Below, piece after piece: positions 36,270 to 48,860 of a stretch of DNA of 64,000 nucleotides. The stretch is from positions 25,172,001-25,236,000 of the forward strand of contig OY740789.1 in NCBI GenBank assembly GCA_963514005.1. The letters run 5' to 3'. The notes beneath the pieces are model-generated. The model worked only from the letters and a program-made list of their open reading frames with translations, was not told the origin of the DNA and ran no database searches. The translations under genes and the position numbers were made by a program. Position 1 is the stretch's first letter. Each line of letters starts with the position of its first letter. This DNA is from Raja brachyura. Its lineage: Eukaryota.

Positions 36270-36955
36270 CAAAGGCACCTACCACTTTAGAAGGGCACAA
36301 CAACCAAGGGCATAAACGCCATTGGGGATTAACGGGGCTACTGCGAATAGGGTGTGCAGCTTTAAATACCTGCGAGTCCACATCACGGAAAATCTGACAT
36401 GGACAACACACACTGCCACACTGGTGAGAGAGGTAAGGCAGCGCCTTTATGATCTCAGGCACTCTGAGGATCCTTCAATCATTCTACTCTAGTGCTGTGG
36501 AAAGCATCTTGACCGGAAACATCTCTATCCGGTTTGGCAACAGCTCTGCCCAGGACAGGAAGGCTCTGCAGAGAGTAGTGCGTTCGGCCGAACGCACCAC
36601 GGGAACTAAGCTTCCCCCCCTTGCAGGACCTATACACCAGGAGATGCAGATCCAGAGCCTGCGGGATCAGGAAGGACCCCTACCACCCCAGCAATGGACT
36701 GTTCTAGCTGCTGCGGTCAGGCAAGCGCCTCCGCTTGTAACACAGCAAAAACAGAGGCTGAGATGGAGTACCTTCCCATAGGCCATCAGGACTGTAAATT
36801 CTGATCTCACCAGGGTGTAAATACTATTGCATCTTCTTTTTTATAATGTAAACACTGATTCGGTTCTGTTCTTTTGCACAATCCTGCATGCATTGCCACT
36901 TTCATTTCACTGCACACCTTGTATGTGGATGAGACAAATAAAGTTAGCTTGACTT
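36270..36955 (+). mobile_element. Rex1/Babar LINE 3' fragment
   Basis: FYSSAVESILTGNISIRFGNSSAQDRKALQRVVRSAE, followed by AATAAA and a CTTGA-type tail. Confidence 0.8.
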
Positions 36956-38225
36956 ATGCTCCCTGCTTACAAGCAGAAATTAAAGTGGGAGGATATGGTA
37001 CAGAAAATCATAGAGTGCTGGTCTGAAGAAACAGATGAGATCCTTCGCAGCTGCTCTGAGTAGATAGCCTTGGTCAAGAAAGCACTCCAACCCCTCTACA
37101 CCCTCCCCACCATCTGCATTTCATGCTGTGTTCGAAAAGCAGCCAACATAATCAAAGACCGTTTTCACCTCAGTTAGTCCCTCTTCTCCCCTGAGCGCTG
37201 GAAGTCTGTCTGAATGCTCAGCCCTCTACTGGCACTCCAACAGCAACAAAATAGTTAAAATGATCACAAAATGGCTCAGTATGGAATACATCAGAGGTCT
37301 TGCATTGGAAACAAGTTTAAAAGAGGTTAGTAGTCATTGATCTTGTTACTACAGGGATATCTTCCAGCTGCGGGGACCTATGCAGTCAAAGAGTTGGAGG
37401 CAAGGACATCCATTATATCCAATAGGAGGTGATGAGAGAGATCACTGGATTCAAGTAATCTGCCAACACAAGAAACATCCACTGGCAGTCCACAGCAATA
37501 GCCTGAACTCATGAAGCTAGCCAGTGTACAGCACCGAGCCCCACATGTCAGTGTTCAGTCATCTCACTGCTCACCCCAACTTACCCAACACCAGCCCTCA
37601 AGCATTTACTACACATTGTCTCAGTGATTCACTCTATACTATGAGGCAACGAGATCACCATTTCATTGCTGCAGAAGTGTCATCAAGAGAACAAGGATCC
37701 ATGTCATGTTCCTAACACAATAGGGCACATCTCAAACACGGTGTTGAAGTGCAGGGTGTAGGTAACTGTTACGCTCAGACTCGAGAATCAAGTTTTATTT
37801 CACATAAGCAGTGAAAGCAGCGCACTGTAATTATTTTAAAGTTAATCTATTTTTGATTGATTAGGTTTGTATCAGCTTTTCTGACAACATTTAAAAGATA
37901 CCTGGACAGGTACACAGATGAAAAAGGATTAGAATGATTTGGACCAAATATGCGCAAATGGAACTAGATTAGATGAAGCATCTTGGTTGGCAAGGACAAG
38001 TCCGTGCTGTGTATCTTTGCCATATGATAATTATCTCTTTTTTTTTTCTGTCTCCTCTGATATCATATGAAGAATTTTAATATAAATATTTTGGCCATTT
38101 CATTCATGGCCCTTATAAATATCTGAAAAATCAAAATCTGAGTGAGAACCCCATATTTATATCAAGACAAATAATTCAGATCAACTAGCAAACTAAATTA
38201 CATCCTGCTACGTTTTGCTTTCTTA

Positions 38226-38441
<216 letters not shown>

Positions 38442-40494
38442 TTAGTCACACCCTTTTGTCAAGGTGATTGCAGTCCCATTGCATTAAATGTATTATAGAA
38501 ATTGAAATATTCTAACCCTGACTAACATATACTGATGTATACACGTAGCTGAACATTAATTGCATGCCATAATTCAGAGGAGATTGTAATGTACTCAATG
38601 AATGAGGCCCATGTAGATTCTAATTACTTCTTGGTTGCAGCTCTGTAGTCAGATTGGGATGGGAATGTGTGTGGTTTAGATAATTGTACAGCATACATAC
38701 ATTGATTTCTGCGGCACTCCTCATTCAAGCTTGGATCATGTTGGTCGGTGTGGGCAAGTTGGGCTGATGGGCCTGTTTCCACACTGTATCACTCTCTAAG
38801 CCTTTACCCTGGAATCGGCCCTTTATCGTATTAATATCAGCTGAATTCAAGTATGTCAGCTAGATGCACGGATGTTATAATGCAGCATCACAAAACATCA
38901 CATATCAAGAATAGCCCAGCGCTAACTCCTTGATTTACAGTGCCAGTCTTCCTTGCAGGGGCTTACAATTCAGTTAACCCTTTCTTGAGATTGAAACATT
39001 CATGTTTACCAAAAGGCATGGGTCTTTTAGTTACAAAAAACAGCTAAAATCTCTCTAGCTGCAGCAAGCTGTGATTTTAATCAAGTTTCCCCCAACCCCC
39101 TCAAAAGCACATTAGTCTTGTAAATTAAAGTTACATTGCAACTCACCTCTACTCCAAAATATGTCCTATTATCTACAAGCAACAAGTCAAAAGATTGATG
39201 AATCAAGAGAATATTCTCCATACACCTGGATGAGTGCATCTTTATCAACTTTCATGAAGGACAAGTAGACAACAAAAAGTGCAGATGCTGGAACCTTAAG
39301 CCAAAAATAAAGTGCTGGAGGAACTCAGTGGGTGAGGTAGCAGCTGGGGTAATCTGCTGTCTATTCCCTCTACATATGCTGTCTGACCCACTCATTTCCT
39401 TGAGCACTTTGTTTTTGGTCCATCAAGGACAAGGAATGCCAGCTTTGGAAATAACACTACCAGCCACTTCACCAGGTTGCATACTTGGAAATACATGGTC
39501 AGTCCTTCAACATTGATAAAATCCAGTTCCTTTAAGGACACACAGAAATTACAACTGCTGCAGGGAAACCAGCAGTGCAGTGTAAAGCTCCCTTTGGTAC
39601 ACCCCAAATTAACTGGTAAGCCAGGGCAAGATACTGCCTATGAGCACCTGCAAAAATGATGTACACTAGCTTCCAGGACCAGATGTTAAGAGATGTGCTA
39701 AACCTGGGTGCAGCCTTGACAAGAGCTGAGGGAGAAACACCTCCCACAGCACAGCACTCTCCATTAAAAACCTATGAACTATTTGCTTTAAGGTTGTGAA
39801 TGAATGATAACTGATGCGATGCTGCATTATGCCATGCTAATTTTTGACTTGTGTAAACCATGAATTAACTGTCATAAGATCAAGCAAGTGAATTATATTC
39901 TTCTGACTTTTTATGAATAAAATATATTTTAAAAAGGAGAATTCTGAACACAAGTATCTGAAAAGATGTAAATAAAAGTATTGGGTGGAGAGATATTGGG
40001 AAAGTCAGGGTTATAGGAATATGAACCAGCATAGCTACAAGGTGTCAAAATCCCTTCTGATGCTGTAATTAATACCATTCAATAAAAGCATTCACGTAAA
40101 CAAATCAGTGCCCAAGAAAAAGTTCAGAAACATTTGTGCCAAGAAACCTTTGAATTACATGCTCTGTGGAAGGATCCCGAAAGCTGAGCCTGCTCCGATA
40201 TCATGACCGCTCACCAGATGAAGAGATAAGACGACAGATCAACTGGTTGCAAATGCTATTTGCAAACGAGGAGAGAATGTCTTAAATAAATATATCAATG
40301 AGCTATGGATGACTATTAATTACAGGGTTTAGACTTACAACAGTTATATAAACTCTGCACCTGCCTGGCAATTGGTTATCTGTACAATGCTGACAGGGTG
40401 TACCCCAATCTGGGATGGCAACTATTCTACCAGCAGTGGTGAACACAGCACAGTCCATCATAGGCCCATCTCTTCCATTCTGTCACATTCACAG

Positions 40495-40940
40495 TGATTT
40501 GATTTGATTTTATTGCTTGTCATTCGAACCTCAGAGAGGCTCGAACGAAACTCCGTTTCTACAACCAGAACAATTCATAAAAAAACACACAAACAATTCA
40601 ATTGACACAAACATCCATCACAGTGGATCTCCTCCTCACTGTGATGGAAGGCAAAGTCTTCTCTCTCCCCCGCACCATTTCTCTCCTGAGGTCGAAGCTG
40701 CAGGCGGGCGGTGCCAAGTCCCAGGCCCGGGCCGGGTGATGTACGGCCCCGCTCTAGGCCCAAAGTCAAAGTCACAGCGTTGGAGTCCCCGGCGGGCGCT
40801 GGAATGTCCCGCTGGAATGTCCCGCGGACACCGAAGCCGCGCCGGGCGATGTACGGCCCCGCTCCGGGTCGCTCCAACCCCGCGACACGGGCCGGAGAAG
40901 CTGTGTTGTGGGAGCTCCGGAGACCGGTCTCTCACCCGGA
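40495..40940 (-). mobile_element. Third relative of the stem-loop retroposon family
   Basis: CCATCACAGTG..CACTGTGATGG hairpin and (TTTGA)n tail on +. CpG-rich body. Confidence 0.55.
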
Positions 40941-42426
40941 CCTGTCACCCAGTGTTTTGCATCAGGAAGGCTAGAAATATCAAGGATGCATGCCAGCCTT
41001 GCCATTCTCTTTTCTCCCTTCTGAATTTTAAAAGCTACCAACAGTCATAGAGGCAGCGAGATACAGCATGGACATAGACCCTTTGTGCTACTGTGTCTAT
41101 GCAAATAAATGCCACCATTTACATTCCTCCTGTATTATTCCTGTTTTATTTACATTCTTCCCCCAACCCCCATACAAACAAGGAACAACTTGGAACTGCA
41201 AATTGTTCTACCAACCAACGTCTTTGAGATGTAAGGGTAAGATGAAACCAGAGCACCTGGAGGAATTCCAGTCACACGAAGAGCACCCAAGGTCAGGAGT
41301 GAAGTCGAGTTGCTGGTGCATGTGAGGCAGTAGCTCAACTAGCCATTCCACTGTGCCACCACTGAGCCACGGGTGTAATCAAAATTCTCCTCTCTGCAAA
41401 TTACTCTTCACCTTGTTTCCTCACCCTAGGTTGCACTATTTAATCTGCTCACATACAGCCTCATTTTATTTGTATTGCAGCTGCAAAACAATTCAGCTCA
41501 GACCCACCAGAAGAAATGAGAAAAAGTGAGAAACGAGCATGCATTAAGTTGCAGAAAGCAAGTGGTGCAGTGAGAGGAAGGTGGAAGTCCGGCAGCACAA
41601 TCAATTTTTATATCATCTAGCAGAGAAATGAATGTTGGAGGTCGATTATTGTAACAAGATAATTTATGAGATCCAACATAATGCATTCTAAAGGAATGCT
41701 TTCAGATCTCTACATTCCCCACCATCTAGGGATTCAAAGAGTCTTTCCAGGCAAACCAGCAATTCCTCTACTCTTGCTTCAATCTCATATTCAGGCCATG
41801 CCTCAGTAACGAATGAATTCTATTTTTAATAGATCTACGTCAATTTTATCCATGAATCAGAAAATACAGAAAAATGGCTCAATATGGTAACCATACCTCC
41901 ACAGCACTATAGTGTATGGCACGAAAAGCACACAAGATTGATAAGAAATAATTATTAAAAGTGGAGAGAGAGAGAGGAAACTAGTTTTGCCATTCATAGG
42001 AATCGGCATATGTACATACTTCAGACTTTTGAGTTTAATATTATGGGAGCTCATTTGTATGTAGGGCTGTCCACAAGTCAGGTGCTCACAGTCCAGGGAT
42101 AGCCACTATTCCATTTGGTGTTCACAATATGGTCTCCTCTGCATTGAAGGGACCAAGTGTAGATTGTACAACTTCTTTGCAAATCACCTGCATTCAGTGC
42201 TCAGTGTTGACTATGTTTTGTGTTGCCTGTTATTTTAATTCCTCTCCCACTCTGATCTGTCTGTCTGTCTGTGGCTTCCTGCATTGTTATAACAAGGCTC
42301 AGTTTAAGTTTCATGAACAGTACGAAACAGTCATCCCTGCATATTTAATACAGGTATTCCTGAAAGAAGATACTTGAAAAGGTACAGTGGCACAGCTGGT
42401 AGAGGTGCTGCCTCACAGTGCCAGGG

Positions 42427-42693
42427 TTGGAGGATGCCTGTGCGTGACTTTGTTTAACGTGGGGAGACTGGTGCACAGACAGCCACCACACGGTCCTTGA
42501 CAGATCTGGGTCAGGATTCAGTGGCATGGAGTCCAAGACGACCGGAGACCCTTTTCTGCTGCAGTTTTCATGCGCCTTCCCAGCCGTTGTGACGCTCCAT
42601 GGGTGGCCCTACCAGGAGCATAGCTCCAGATGGCATCGCTCTCAGGTTCTCCGGACCACACAAGCTTCTCCACCACGACAATCCACGGAGAAG
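42427..42693 (-). mobile_element. Short RTE/BovB-like non-autonomous element (5' UTR-like head joined to 3' end)
   Basis: On -: TTGTCGTGGTGGAGAAGCTTG...GCTATGCTCCTGGTAGGGCCACCCA resembles RTE/BovB 5' UTR motifs. No ORF. Confidence 0.55.
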
Positions 42694-43603
42694 AGTAGGG
42701 AATCAAATTATTGAGAGTAGGGAATCAAGAACTAGAAAATATATGTTTAAGATGAAAGGGGAAAGATTTAATAGGAACCTGAGGGGCAACCTTTTCCACA
42801 CAGCAAGTACTGGGCATACGGAACGGGCTGCCAGAGAAGGTAGTTGACGCAAGTACATTAGCAACATTTAAAAAACATTTGGGCAGGTACCTGGGTAGGA
42901 AAGATTTAATGATATACTAGACCATTCTGTGTGTGTGCGTGTGTGTGATATATATACACACACAATTTCCCGCCTGGGATTAATAAAGTTCTATCGTATA
43001 GTATTGTGCGTGTAGGAAGGAACGGCAGATGCTGGTTTAAACTGAAGATAGATACAAAAGCTGGAGTTACTCAACTCCAGGTCAGACAGAATCTCTGGAC
43101 AAAAGGAAAATATTATGTTTTGGGTTGGGTCTGAAAAAGGTTCCTGCACACCCTTGGAATGTGGAAGGAAACAAGATCACCCGGAGAAAACCCATGCGAT
43201 CAAAGAGACAACACCCATATTCAGGATCAATTCCAGGTCTCTGATACTTTTAGGCAGCAAATCTATGGCCAATGTACTGCCCCATAGTCTTGAACTGAAT
43301 TAAAACATACAGTAGCTGTAAAGGGGGACATAGCGTCACTTAGAGGTTTAAGACTGAAAATGGATAACTTCTTTTTTTAATTTTTTGTGTGGTGGATAAC
43401 AAAATATAGTGGCACAGCTGATGGACTTGCTGCCTCACACGTCAGAGAACTGTGTTCGATCCTGGCCTCAGGCATTGTCTGCGTTGAATTTGCACATTCT
43501 CCCTGCAAGCGTGTGGGTTTCCTCCCACATCCCAAAGATGCATTGGCTTTGTAGGTTAACTTGTCTTTGTAAAATTGCCCCTAATGTGTAGGGAGTGGGT
43601 GAG

Positions 43604-44290
43604 GAAAGACCCTTCTTCAGACTGATGTGAGCTTGGGGGGGTGCAAGAATAAGAAAGGAAGAGGCGGATACAGTAGGCTGAGGGAGAGCTGGGAAGGGGA
43701 GGAGAAAGCAGGGACTACCTGAAATTGGAGAAGCAATCGCCAAGCCTACGCTTGGTCTCACCGATGTAGAGCAGCTGACACCTAGAGCAGCTGATGCAAT
43801 AGATGAGAATGGAGGAGGTGCAGGTGAACCTCTGCCGTACCTGGAGAGGCTGCTTGGGTCCTTGAATGGAGTCAAGGGGGGAGGTAAAGCGACAAGTGTA
43901 GCATTTCCTGCGGTTGCAAGGGAAAGTGCCAGGAGAGGAGGTGGTTTGGATGGGAAGGGACTAATTGACCAGGGAGTTAAGGAGGGAGTGGTCTCTGCAG
44001 AAAGCCGACAGGGGAGGAGATAGGAAGATGTGGCCAGTGGTGGGATCCCATTGGTAGATAAAATAGCTGGAGAAAATCAGCGGAAATATGAGGAGTTGTT
44101 CCTCCAATTTCTGGTGGGCCGCACTCTGGCCATGGAGGAGGCGCAAGACAAAAGGTCGGATTCGGAATGGGAGGGGGTGTTGAAGTGCTGAGCCACCGGG
44201 AGATCAGGTTGGTTATTGCGAACTGAGTGGAGGTGTTGTGCGAAGCGATCACCAAGCCTCCACTTGGTCACACCGAGGTTGATCATACAC
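43604..44290 (-). mobile_element. Penelope-like element fragments (GIY-YIG endonuclease end and terminal repeat)
   Basis: LGVTKWRLGDRFAQHLHSVRNNQPDLPVAQHFNTPSHS...KLEEQLLIF, and CTGAAGAAGGGTC at the distal end. Confidence 0.82.
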
Positions 44291-45070
44291 TGAATAATCC
44301 AACCACATTTCTGTTTGGAAGTGGAAAGAAATAATTGAAATTGCATTCATTGCAACGTGTAAAAAGAGTTGAGATACTGTATATACTGTATTATAATTTT
44401 GATGCATATCATTGTGGTATATATCATGTCTTGATTGGTGAATATGTTTAGTTTGTGACTTTATTTGAAGCAGAAAAAATATGTGAATGCTTCATTGAGC
44501 ATAATTCTGACTGGTAACTATGGACTTTGTCCGAGCACATTATCGCTCGCATCATGCAACCAGTCTTAAATGACCACCTAAACTGTCATTTGGCAACTTA
44601 AAAAGCTGCCTAGGTTGCCCAGCTGGAAACGGAGTAAAAAAGGAGGGAGCATCGTGCTGTGGGAGGGAGGGAGGCCACGGGCGGGCGTGGACCCAAGGGA
44701 GGCCACCTGTGGATGAGCGTAGACCCGAGAACCCGAGCGAGGCTGCGGGTGGGCATGGATCCGAGCAAGGCTGCGGGCTGTGGGACTTCAGTGCTGCTGG
44801 GCCAGGCAGGCCAGGCAAAGGTGGGGGGGGGGGGGGGGGGGGAGGGGGGTTTCCAGAACATTCCAGCGTTGCCCCCTCTCCCCCCTGCAAAAAATCAGTG
44901 GTTTATGAAGTTAAAACCATTGGGGAGGTGGAGAGGGCAGCGACCCCCTCCCCTTGCGGGGGCATAGTCATGTCATTCGAAACTGCTTGAAGAATCTATG
45001 AATTGTTTCAAAGGCCGTATTTGTTTGAAATGTAGCATGAAATGTGAAGGAAACCTGTTTATTGTGTGAA

Positions 45071-45209
45071 CTAGGTTAATGTGAGTAATAATCTATACAA
45101 ATTTCAACTCTAGCGCATTGCGTTTTGACGAAGGTAGAAAAACACAAGACACACACACGCACATATACATACATACAAAATGAAACTTTTAATAGTATAT
45201 ATAGATAGA
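45071..45209 (-). mobile_element. Short Helitron-like remnant
   Basis: On -: A|TCTATCTATATATACTATTAAAAG ... CTAG|T. Similar to 28480-28689. No clear 3' hairpin. Confidence 0.45.
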
Positions 45210-45351
45210 TGAGACAAATGCTGGCAAATTTGACAAGTCTAGATGGGGCTCCTAGGTCAGCATGGGCCAAAGGTTCCGTTTCAGTGAAGTATGACTCCGA
45301 CTCAAGTTGCATCTCACCTTCCCTCTTACATTAGAACATGGAACATTACTG

Positions 45352-45546
45352 TGTTAAAGAAGAAACTGCAGATGCTGAAGAATCGAGGGTTACACAAAAA
45401 GCTGGAGAAACTCAGCAGGTGCAGCAGTATCTAAAGTGCGAAGGAGATAGGCGACGTTTCGGGTCTCGACCCGAAACGTCGCCCATCTCCTTCGCTCCTT
45501 AGATGCTGCTGCACCCGCTGAGTTTCTCCAGCTTTTTGTGTAACCC
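45352..45546. mobile_element. Penelope-derived palindromic element, centre collapsed
   Basis: 14-bp TSD ATGGAACATTACTG and the same termini as 15394-15617 (TGTTAAAGAAG...GTGTAACCC). Confidence 0.82.
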
Positions 45547-46169
45547 ATGGAACATTACTGCACAGGAACAGGCCCTAGGGCCCACAATGTCTGTGCCGAC
45601 CAAGTTAAACAAATCTTTTTCACCTGCATGTGATCCACATCCATCCATCCCCTGCATATTATGCCTTTAAATGCAAATACAGAAACCCCTCTAGCCAACA
45701 ACTTCCTCAAAACTATTCAGTCAGATTACCCAGCACCAGCTAACTTGTTTTGATCAGCAATTATTTGCCTAGGTTCAAGCACTCTGGACCCAGTGAAAGA
45801 CTTCAAGAACTTCCCTAAACTCATAGCAATAAATCAATGATAATTGCAAGTGTGAAGTTACTTAATCCCTCAACATTCATCCTCATTATATTTGTATTTT
45901 TCTGGTCATATTCATTGAAGACAAGACTCCTATTCTACAGGTACTGTCTGTACAGAGTTCATACTTTCTCCCTGTGAATGCATGTGTTTGCTCTGAGTGC
46001 TCCGGTCACTCCACTCCAAAAATGTACAGGTTTGCAGGTTAATTGGCTTCAGTAAAATTGTAAATTGTCCCTAGTGTGTAAGATAGTGTTAGTGTACATG
46101 GTGATTGCTGGTCGGTGGGCCGAAGGGCTTGTTTCCACGTTGTATCTCTAAAATCTATAGACAGCTACA

Positions 46170-46945
46170 TCAGACTATTATTTAATGATATACTGCTATC
46201 TTCAACATCATAACTCCAACCAGATTAATCTCCAAAATCCTGAACTCAGGATTCCACACTCCCCTCTGCAACTGGACCCTCAACTTCCTGACCCATACAC
46301 CACAATCAGTAAAGACAGGTAACATAACATACTCCACAATACGGGGGACGGAATCCAAAGCAGGAGTGAGGCGAGCCTGAAAGTTGATAAAAAGCAAGGT
46401 CCATTGACAGAATATACAGGAGCATGGCAGGGAATGAGCAAGGAATGTTGAATTAACTTCCATGTATTTCAGTGAGAGAGGTCTAACGAGTAAAGGTGGA
46501 TGAGCTCAGGGTGTATGTCGGTATTTGGAACCAGGATGTTATAGCCATTACAGAAACCTGGCTGGGGGGGGGGGGGGGGGGGGGGGGGGGAGGGAAACTA
46601 GCAGTTCCGGGGTACAGGTGCTGGTGAGATAGGGGTGGGGCTAAAATAGGTGTTTCATTGTTTACGGAGAATGGCACAGCAATCACTTACGATGACATTA
46701 CTGATGGTTCATCTGGTAAAGCTAAATTGGTAGAGGGGAGAGATAAAGGGGATAATCACCTTGTTGGGAATGTATGATAGGCTCCAAAGCAGTCAATGGG
46801 AATTAGAAGAACAAATATGCCAGGAAATTGCAGGCCGCACCAAAACTAATAAGGTTTTAATGGCAGGGGATTTTAACTTCCCCATTAGAGATTGGTTCTG
46901 ACATAGTGCCAAGGACTTGGACGTGATGGAATTTGTCAAATTAAA
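46170..46945 (+). mobile_element. Rex1 RT fragment followed by CR1 endonuclease fragment
   Basis: FNIITPTRLISKI..PLCNW..NFLT, then KVDELR..DVIAITETWL...MAGDFNFP. Confidence 0.7.
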
Positions 46946-48550
46946 CATATGACTCTTGACTCATCTATCACTTGCCAGGCTTTGTCCCACCCCCAGCTCT
47001 CTTTTGCAGCTTTTTCCCCCTATTACAATCAATCTAAAGAAGGGTCCCTACCTCAAATGTCTTCTGTCCATTTCCCACCACAGAAACTGCCTGACCCACT
47101 GAGTTCCCTTAACGTTTTTTTTGCTCAAGATTCCAGCATCTGCAGGAATCCCCCCCCCCCCTTTGAGATAGCTCAAATCCAGTTAAATCCAGTTAATAAG
47201 CCTTCACCACCATGTCTCACCTAGTACCAACATCATTTATGTAATTCTGTTTTTCTTGCTCTCCAGCCTACCAGTGCTCTTGTTCTCTTCCACTCCCTCT
47301 CCAAAACTTGATTGCTTTTTAACTTTTCCTGGTTCTCATGAAAGGTCACAAATGTAAACCATTATATTTTCTCTCTCAACAGATGCTGTCTGACCTGCTG
47401 AGTATTTCCAACAATTCCTGCTTTATTGTACATTGCTAATACGGAGTTCTGGTTAAATAGTTAGTTTGATAACTACAGACTGGGATTGCCTGGTGGTGCA
47501 GTGCTCCCTCAGCACTATTCTGGAACCTCAAATTGGTTTTTGCTCAAGGCCTTCAAGTGGGACTTGAAATTAGAATCCAAAGATTGTGAGTGTGTGGAAT
47601 TCTCTGCCTGGGGGGTGGAGGCAGGTTCTCTTGATGCTTTCAAGAGGGAGCTGGATAGGGCTCCTAATGATAGTGGAGTCAGGGGATATGGGGAAAAGGC
47701 AGGAACGGGGTACTGATTGGGGCTGATCAGCCATTATCACATTGAATGGCGGTGCTGGCTCGAAGGGCCTACTCCTGCACCTGTTGTCTATTCACAAATT
47801 AGCACTACAAATCTGAGTAGTGCTGAGTTAATGATAAAGGCTGATGACCTTGCAGAAAGAACTGACCAGTTCTGATAAAACAGAAGCAAGTCCATTACTT
47901 GGGTGGAAAATAAACTGCAGATGCCAGAATCTTGAGCATCACACCAAGTGCTGGATGAACTCAGCGGGTCGGACAGCACCTGTGAGGTGAATGCCATGAT
48001 CATAATGAATGGGCCGAATGGCCTACTCCTGCACCTATTTTCTATGTTTCTATTGACAGACGCAATTTCGCGTTGGTAGTGTGTAGAAGGGTCCCCACCC
48101 GGAGCGTCGTTTGTCTATTTCCATCAATGATGCCGCCTGACCCGCTGAGATCCTCAAGCACTTTGTGGAAAAGACCCGAGAGTACAGGTTAAAACAACGG
48201 CAGAGGAATTAATCCCAGATCATAGTTATAATGCTACTTCCCACAACAGTGTATTAAGGATCAGAATTATTTTTCAAAATAACTATCTCGTTACATTATT
48301 GCTGCAAGTTGATAGGTGTTTAATTGGCTGTACAAAGTCTGGATTTAAATCAGCAGGTCTCTCCAGAGAATGAGCCGAAACGTCACCCATTCCTTCTCTC
48401 CAGAGACGCCGCCTGTCCCACTGAGCTACTCCAGCATTATGTGTCTATCCTCGGTGTAAACCAGCATCTGCAGTTCCTTCCTACACAAATGTCTCTCCAG
48501 AGAGAGACGGCGCAATGTAAAGTCTGTCGATTCATGTTGAATACACTTAC

Positions 48551-48604
48551 ATCTCTCGGGAGCAACTGCTCCTCCAACGCGCCATCGTACAGCTCGCTCC
48601 CCAT
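48551..48604 (-). CDS. SLC38A6: SLC38A6 coding exon 1
   Basis: ATG in good context (GCGATGG), MGSELYDGALEEQLLPRD, then donor GTAAGT. Phase 0 matches exon 2; head-to-head with TRMT5. Confidence 0.8.
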
Positions 48605-48860
48605 CGCACCGACACTCGCTCGAGCCCGAGCCTCCGCATCCGCACCCGCACCGGCACGTGACAGCTCATCAGCTGACCGGCGGTACCGCCGCGCGCCTTT
48701 TGATGACGCTACGAAGGCTCGTGCTGCTGCGGGAGGGTATGAGGTGAGTGAGGGCTCGTGTGGTGGTCGCCTGGAAACCGGCCCTGGGGGCGAGATCAAC
48801 CCCATCTCTTGGGGAAGGGTCGACTGGAAACCGTCCCTCAGAGCGCTCGCTAGATGAAGG
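48560..48860. promoter_or_regulatory. CpG-rich bidirectional promoter of SLC38A6 and TRMT5
   Basis: High CpG density, with 134 bp between the two divergent ATGs. E-box CACGTG at 48655-48660 and a TGACG half-site near 48704. Confidence 0.8.
48739..48743 (+). CDS. TRMT5: TRMT5 coding exon 1 (ATGAG, phase 2)
   Basis: ATGAG followed by donor GTGAGT in a CpG-rich region. Splices in frame to exon 2 (ATG AG|G TTT CTC GTT: M-R-F-L-V). Confidence 0.75.

Noticed and set aside
48605-48805. In-frame upstream ATG extending SLC38A6 by 67 aa
   Set aside because: It lies in TRMT5 intron 1 beyond the shared promoter. GC-rich sequence explains the lack of stops, and it shows no SLC38 similarity.
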